Of a DNA stretch of 13,589 nucleotides, positions 8,983 through 13,589 are shown one piece after another. The notes beneath the pieces are model-generated. The model saw only the letters and a list, made by a program, of their open reading frames with translations, had not been told where the DNA came from and made no database searches. This stretch comes from Zygophlyctis sp. KS116 (taxonomy: Eukaryota > Fungi > Chytridiomycota), in the NCBI GenBank assembly GCA_054661495.1, contig BAAFSQ010000268.1:1-13589 (forward strand), read 5' to 3'. The translations under genes were made by a program, and so were the position numbers. Numbering within the stretch: position 1 is the first letter of the stretch; the number at the start of each line of letters is the position of its first letter.

Positions 8983-10404
8983 AATAAATTAGACTTTCGG
9001 ACACTTTTCTTCGTGACCTTTGATTGTGGCTGTTTCGGCCCCTCGTCAATTGATTTTTCGTGTTCTGCAATCGAGTCTTTCGGATCCATTACCAAAGTAG
9101 AGGAAGAAAGGTGATTTTGAGTCAGTCCGGATCTAGGACTTTCATTTCCTCTCATATTTAATAAATTCTGACATTGACGAATAGCATGCTCTAGAGCAGA
9201 TATTTTTTCCACCAATCTCCTGTTTTCCAATGCCAAAGCATCCGATGCTTCCTCCATATCCTTGATCCAATTCTTCTTTTTGACTCTGCATCTCGAGGCC
9301 GAAACTCTATTTCGTAGTCTTTTCAAGGTTTTGCGATCCATTTTTGCTGTGGGGATGATATTGGTGGGCAATCCGGCCTGTCGAGGCGCCTTCTTTTGCG
9401 AGCTGCAGTTCAGCTCACTACTCTGATCTATCTCCTTATGACAACCCATAGCTCCTAATCCATTAAGATTGATAAGTTTTTCAGGTGATCCAAAGTTTCC
9501 GGCAATGATGGCAGGATTTACATGGATTGCAGTATGATGGGGTCCTAAAAAGTGATGATGGCTATTTATACGTCCAGAAGAAGATTGTGACATTAAGATT
9601 GTTTGCTGTGAGATACTTTGATCACTCGAACTTCCTTGAAGTCTTTGAGATACATCATCTTGCAGAAAATCATCGAATTGATTAAACTCATAATTATTCC
9701 AATTATTCCCCTCATTATCGTTAAGGATTCCCATACTATGACCATAATTAGAGAATGACTGTTCCGCATTACCTTCGGAAGATATTTCGGTGTGCAAAAG
9801 ATCGGAATTTTGATTGCAAATATCTTTTAAACGCCTGACTGATATGTCATCAGAAACATCATGAGGAGAAGAATAGAATTTAGTGGATAAATCTAATGGG
9901 TAAATGGGCTCAGATGTATATTGAAAGCCTCCAAAGGAATATTGCCCATTTCCTCCACGATTGCTATCAAAGAATTCTGAAGAATATTCATATTGATGAT
10001 CTACTCCATTAGTCATATCTTTTGATCCGGCATAGTTTACTAAATTATCCAGATTTGATTTAGAAGTCTGTGGATGAAAGTCTTCGGAATATGAATCAGA
10101 ATTTAGATAGAATGTTTGGTCTGAATATTCATTTAGTTGTCCAGACAACTGATTGTTTACTTCTTCATCTATGTGTCAGTTTTAAAGATTGTATGGTCCC
10201 AGAATCATTGGCCGCCGATTGTGTCCTAGATCTAGGAAAATATCGGACATCAGCCCACCAATGAATCTGGGCCAATAAAACTACTAATTACCATTAATAC
10301 AAAGATCAGACGATGATGTTGGATGAATTTTCAAGTTAAAATCTTCATTATAGTTTGTTCTAATGATTAATCAGATCATACTAGATGGCTTACACAGTAT
10401 CCAT
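8979..10404 (-). CDS. bZIP transcription factor, ATF/CREB (Atf1/ATF2-like); exons 10404-10394, 10359-10292, 10168-8979; about 422 aa
   Basis: Basic region KRLRNRVSASRCRVKKKNWIKDME followed by a leucine zipper; NRxxASxCRxKKKxW is typical of Atf1/ATF2. The ORF-track start is a TTG. Splicing 10360-10393 (34 nt, GTAAGC..TTAG) and 10169-10291 (123 nt, GTAATT..CTGAC..TAG) gives MDTVTNYNEDF...CINDEEVNNQLSGQ in frame. The 5' exons are less certain than the domain call. Confidence 0.85.
10194..10274 (-). other. Long imperfect inverted repeat / RNA hairpin inside bZIP intron 2
   Basis: Outer arms (+ strand) TGGTCCCAGAATCATTGG 10194-10211 and CCAATGAATCTGGGCCA 10258-10274; inner CCGAT 10215-10219 / ATCGG 10242-10246; central perfect palindrome TCCTAGATCTAGGA 10224-10237. 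Confidence 0.8.
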
Positions 10405-10475
10405 AGTTTATTTAGTATTTTGATCGCTTTGGCCTTTAAAATTAGATAGTTTGTAGAGTTCAGAAAAGTTTTCGA

Positions 10476-10528
10476 GCTGATACGTCAGCGAAATGAATAA
10501 AAGATGGGAAGTCAAAAGACTGCGTCAC
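10476..10528 (-). promoter_or_regulatory. Two CRE-like (TGACG) sites upstream of the ATF-type bZIP gene
   Basis: Minus strand TGACGTA (10487-10481, within GCTGATACGTCAGC) and TGACGCA (10527-10521), in the 172-bp intergenic region about 80 and 120 bp upstream of ATG 10404. Confidence 0.45.
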
Positions 10529-10576
10529 TCGGACTTTTTCACGGAAATTTTAGACGAAACGCAGAAAAGAAAAAAA

Positions 10577-12060
10577 TCAACGATCATTATTAATAAGACT
10601 TGATGATGCTTCAGCAGAATAAATCATTTCGGGGATTGAAATTTTAGTAGAGCCTCGCCTATTGAGTAAACTTCCCCGGAAGGGATTATAGCTAGAGTCA
10701 AAATCGCGATTCCCTCCGGCAAACGATTCACTTATTGGATCCTCTTTTCCATCTAAAGAATCTAGATCTATCAGCTTTTCATACATTTGAGATTGCTCGG
10801 GGCTTGATTTAGATGCCCCAAGTACTGGTAAACAAGTGTGTTTAGCAGATGTGGGCGACAGAAACACTGGCGTGGTTTGTAACAGAGGAGGCAAAGGTGA
10901 ATTTACAGATTCTAAATCACTCTCCATCATTAAATTAGACTGGAAAAGTTCTGGATCTTGCAAAACTAATGGAACTGCACCACCCAAACACTTGAGTGGG
11001 AAATATGCACCCCTACCATTTCTAAGTGATATTCCTTCGGCCCAGCCATCTTCAAAAGCTCTATATAAAGTTACTGTATCTCCTATGGATAAGCTCATTT
11101 CATCAGATTTGGCTCCATTAAATTCATTTCTGACAGGGAAATATCTTTCACCATTTTTCATAATGATTTTATCTGCAATTTTCTCTGCTCTTGATTCATA
11201 AATTGGCCTATTTTCTGGTAAAGATTCAAAACGATTGTTGAATTGTCCCCGGTTTTGATTAGATCCAGTAACAGTCACCCTTCCGACCCTTTGAGATATC
11301 GCCCGACGTTCAGCTCTAACCTTGTCTGACTTACCATATTTATGAGCAAAAAGTAAGCATAAACAAATCATCAATGATATCGCCATTACAACTGCAGCAA
11401 TACTCCACATAATAATAATTGCTGATGAAATATCAGAATGATCTAATTGAATTTCATCATACAATACACTAGAAGATTTTGAAGTTTGACTTATTGTTGA
11501 CTGCAATGCTTTTTGCGACATCTTTGTCATTGATTCCACTTTACTTGTTGTACTGGTAGGAACAGATGTTATAGAAGATTTTAAATCTAACAGTTTAATC
11601 TAAACAACTAACCACTACATAAGCCCAAATCATTGATCCCAATACAACCAGTTAGAGGCTTACTTTCAATACATAATTTGGACATTGGTCCAAACTTGCA
11701 TGTGCTGAGAGAAGCTAGAGATGATAAATTAACAATTCCTGAAATTCCAGTATTTGATACATCTAGATATGATATAGAGCTTGGTAATTTTGGTAGATTC
11801 CCGATAAGTCCTGGATTGTCTGATATATTGATTTCTACAACATTAGAAAACACAAATAGAGATGCAGGAAGAGATCCTTTCAAATTATGATTAGATAAGT
11901 TGCTTTTTATAATTTCTATTTTATCTTACATCTCAATCACCTTTCGGTTCAGATCGCAAATGATTGGCCCAGTGCAGCATTCGCCTTCAACAGTTGATCC
12001 AAAAGCAGTCGATGATCTTAACTGATTAGAAATACTTAATAGCTGAGCACATTCATTCAT
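10577..12060 (-). CDS. Receptor-like protein: Cys-capped plant-type LRR ectodomain, Ser/Thr-rich stalk, TM helix, cytoplasmic SH3; exons 12060-11930, 11902-11613, 11586-10577; about 476 aa
   Basis: Introns 11903-11929 (27 nt) and 11587-11612 (26 nt) join MNECAQLL...ECCTGPIICDLNRKVIEINLSNHNLKGSLP, the LRRs (INISDNPGLIGNLP, LDVSNTGISG), TM (AIIIMWSIAAVVMAISLMICLCLLF) and SH3 (FNGAKSDEMSLSIGDTV...DGWAEG...GAYFP). Confidence 0.88.
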
Positions 12061-12232
12061 CAGGAAAATGAAATCTGTTGAAACAGTCAAAATTTTACGT
12101 TTTCGACAACGAAACGGCTTTGGAGTTTACACAAGCAGTAGCATTTAATATTGTAAACAAAATATCGCAGAATCTGATCGAAATTAATCTAGGACGGCGC
12201 TCTGTCAACATTTTCTCATTAAAACTAAAAAA

Positions 12233-13121
12233 ATGTCAAAAAAGCTCTGGGTTGCATATGAGGCGCTTGCAAAGAGATTTGGTCCTACAAGAGTCTCTGT
12301 TGATGGATGCTTCGGTGTGGATGACTTTAAAGGTAACATTATGTATTAGCTTATTTATAGAAGAAATCAAGAAGAAGTTTGAAATCACTGGGCCTGCATC
12401 TCAACTGAGTCTCTTCCAACCAGATGGAACTACTGAAATTAGAGCCGGAGACTCTCCTGCTGATTACTTGGAAGGAAAATCTAGTGGAAATGCGCTCATT
12501 GTTAAACATGTGGTCTCCTCTCAAGTCTCCAATCTTCAAAACAGTTCTTCCTCAAAAGCTGCCCTGATTTTGCAATCCACCATGACGACTGAGGAAAAAG
12601 AATCTATCTTGAAGGATATTTTTGAAGTAGAATCTAAAGATCTAGTACTACAAGCCAAAGATCTAGTACTACAAGCCAATGATGAGTTACTTGAAGCATT
12701 GAAAGAGAATATTAAACGCATCGAAGCAGAGCGTGATTTTTTAAAGGGAGCGCTTGATGCTCGTCATATTTTTGAAACTTACGAATTACGATTCCTGAAC
12801 CCGTATCCAAAAGCCGCAATACTTACAAGAGCGGAAAAGTGGAAGAAGCATCTTGTATTGAAACCAAAAATCCGGGAAAAGCTTGAAGAATGTGACCAAA
12901 AAATACTTTGGCATGATAAAGCGGCGGAAATTTATGACGAGTTAAGCAGAAGCAGTCATCAACGAGCAATAGACATTGGAAACGGAAAGTATATCGTGGT
13001 GATTGAAAAATCACTTCCTAAAACTTCGTATTGGTTTTTAAAGGTGCTAGCTAACGAACTGTATGGGGAAAATGTTTCAGCTCAAAGAGATATATTCGGT
13101 GAACCAGCATCTTCTGTATAA
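12233..13121 (+). CDS. Crinkler (CRN)-like protein: ubiquitin-like N-terminal header, coiled coil, uncharacterised C-terminal domain; exons 12233-12332, 12361-13121; about 286 aa
   Basis: Intron 12333-12360 (28 nt, GTAACA..TTATAG) gives MSKKLWVAYEALAKRFGPTRVSVDGCFGVDDFKEEIKKKFEITGPASQLSLFQPDG...NALIVK, resembling the VDDFKxxIKxK...LxL...LIV pattern of CR-type ubiquitin-like headers. ATG sits in an A-rich context. The ORF-track N-terminus (12078-12360) is probably not real. Confidence 0.7.
12636..12677 (+). repeat. Perfect 21-bp tandem duplication encoding KDLVLQA x2
   Basis: AAAGATCTAGTACTACAAGCC at 12636-12656 and 12657-12677. Confidence 0.95.
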
Positions 13122-13589
13122 CTGTCAAACGAAATGTTGAGTTATATCAGAATCAACCCCGATTATTATTATCAAGAAGTTTTACAATGTGAGTTTTGAA
13201 AATGTATGGTTTGCTTTCTGATGACTGATTAGTGCTTTATTGTTCAATAAATCGCTTTTTCTACGAGTCTGAGACCTGACATTAAAATCAGTTTTGACGG
13301 TTGTAAATCAACGCTTTAAGCTATTTGGTAAACGATTCTAACCATTCCTTAAAAATGTGTGTTTTTTACGTTGGCCTTGCGTTTTTTGCAACGAAATGGC
13401 TTTCGAGATTACATACATCACCAGATTTATTCTTTTTTGGTCTATAGTCTTAAACTTATTTTTGATGTATTCAGTTACCTATGGGATTCAGGACTCTTAT
13501 CATTATACTAGGCATGCGTCGATTGCACCGCTAGGTACTAGCAAGCCAAAAAATATTTTTGAACATGGAAGAATTCATAATCATCTTTG

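Noticed and set aside
8979-10404. bZIP as HAC1/XBP1 with an Ire1-spliced intron, or the intronic hairpin as a TPP riboswitch
   Set aside because: Basic region is Atf1/ATF2-like; the hairpin is in a GT-AG intron far upstream of the bZIP domain, and I see no paired Ire1 loops or TPP aptamer core motifs.
2506-13014. Short antisense or alternate-frame ORFs (2506, 3115, 5131, 5571, 6082, 6280, 6666, 10070, 10836, 11633, 12351, 12536, 12823)
   Set aside because: All overlap better-supported genes and show no recognisable motifs; shadow ORFs.
13130-13589. Possible minus-strand gene remnant with an intron-like GTAACT...TAG segment near 13445-13480
   Set aside because: All frames are interrupted by stops and there is no recognisable homology; cannot be supported from this window.

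Overview
AT-rich, extremely compact eukaryotic nuclear DNA. The likely source is a zoosporic (chytrid-type) fungus, inferred from a dynein assembly factor plus fungal-type bZIP and Crinkler-like genes. The ORF track is fragmented by tiny spliceosomal introns. I reconstructed 16 by hand: 14 are 25-34 nt, one is 42 nt and one is 123 nt. In order, the window contains: the right end of a hAT transposon (transposase C-terminus, subterminal repeats, Ac-like TIR); a catalytically degenerate MDE1/APIP-like gene; a GTG/GAAA repeat array followed by a coiled-coil/PB1-like/Myb gene; an F-box gene head-to-head with kintoun/DNAAF2; GUF1; a tandem GT-A glycosyltransferase; an ATF/Atf1-type bZIP; an LRR-TM-SH3 receptor-like gene; and a Crinkler-like gene. 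The most unusual signals are: (i) an operon-like bZIP > glycosyltransferase > GUF1 run with an ATGA stop/start overlap and a 7-nt spacer, plus a possible 23-nt intron that would fuse the bZIP to the membrane glycosyltransferase; (ii) a long hairpin in the only long intron (bZIP) that buries alternative, stop-producing 3' splice sites; (iii) an apparent GT-TG intron in kintoun. All gene models are manual and unverified by transcripts.
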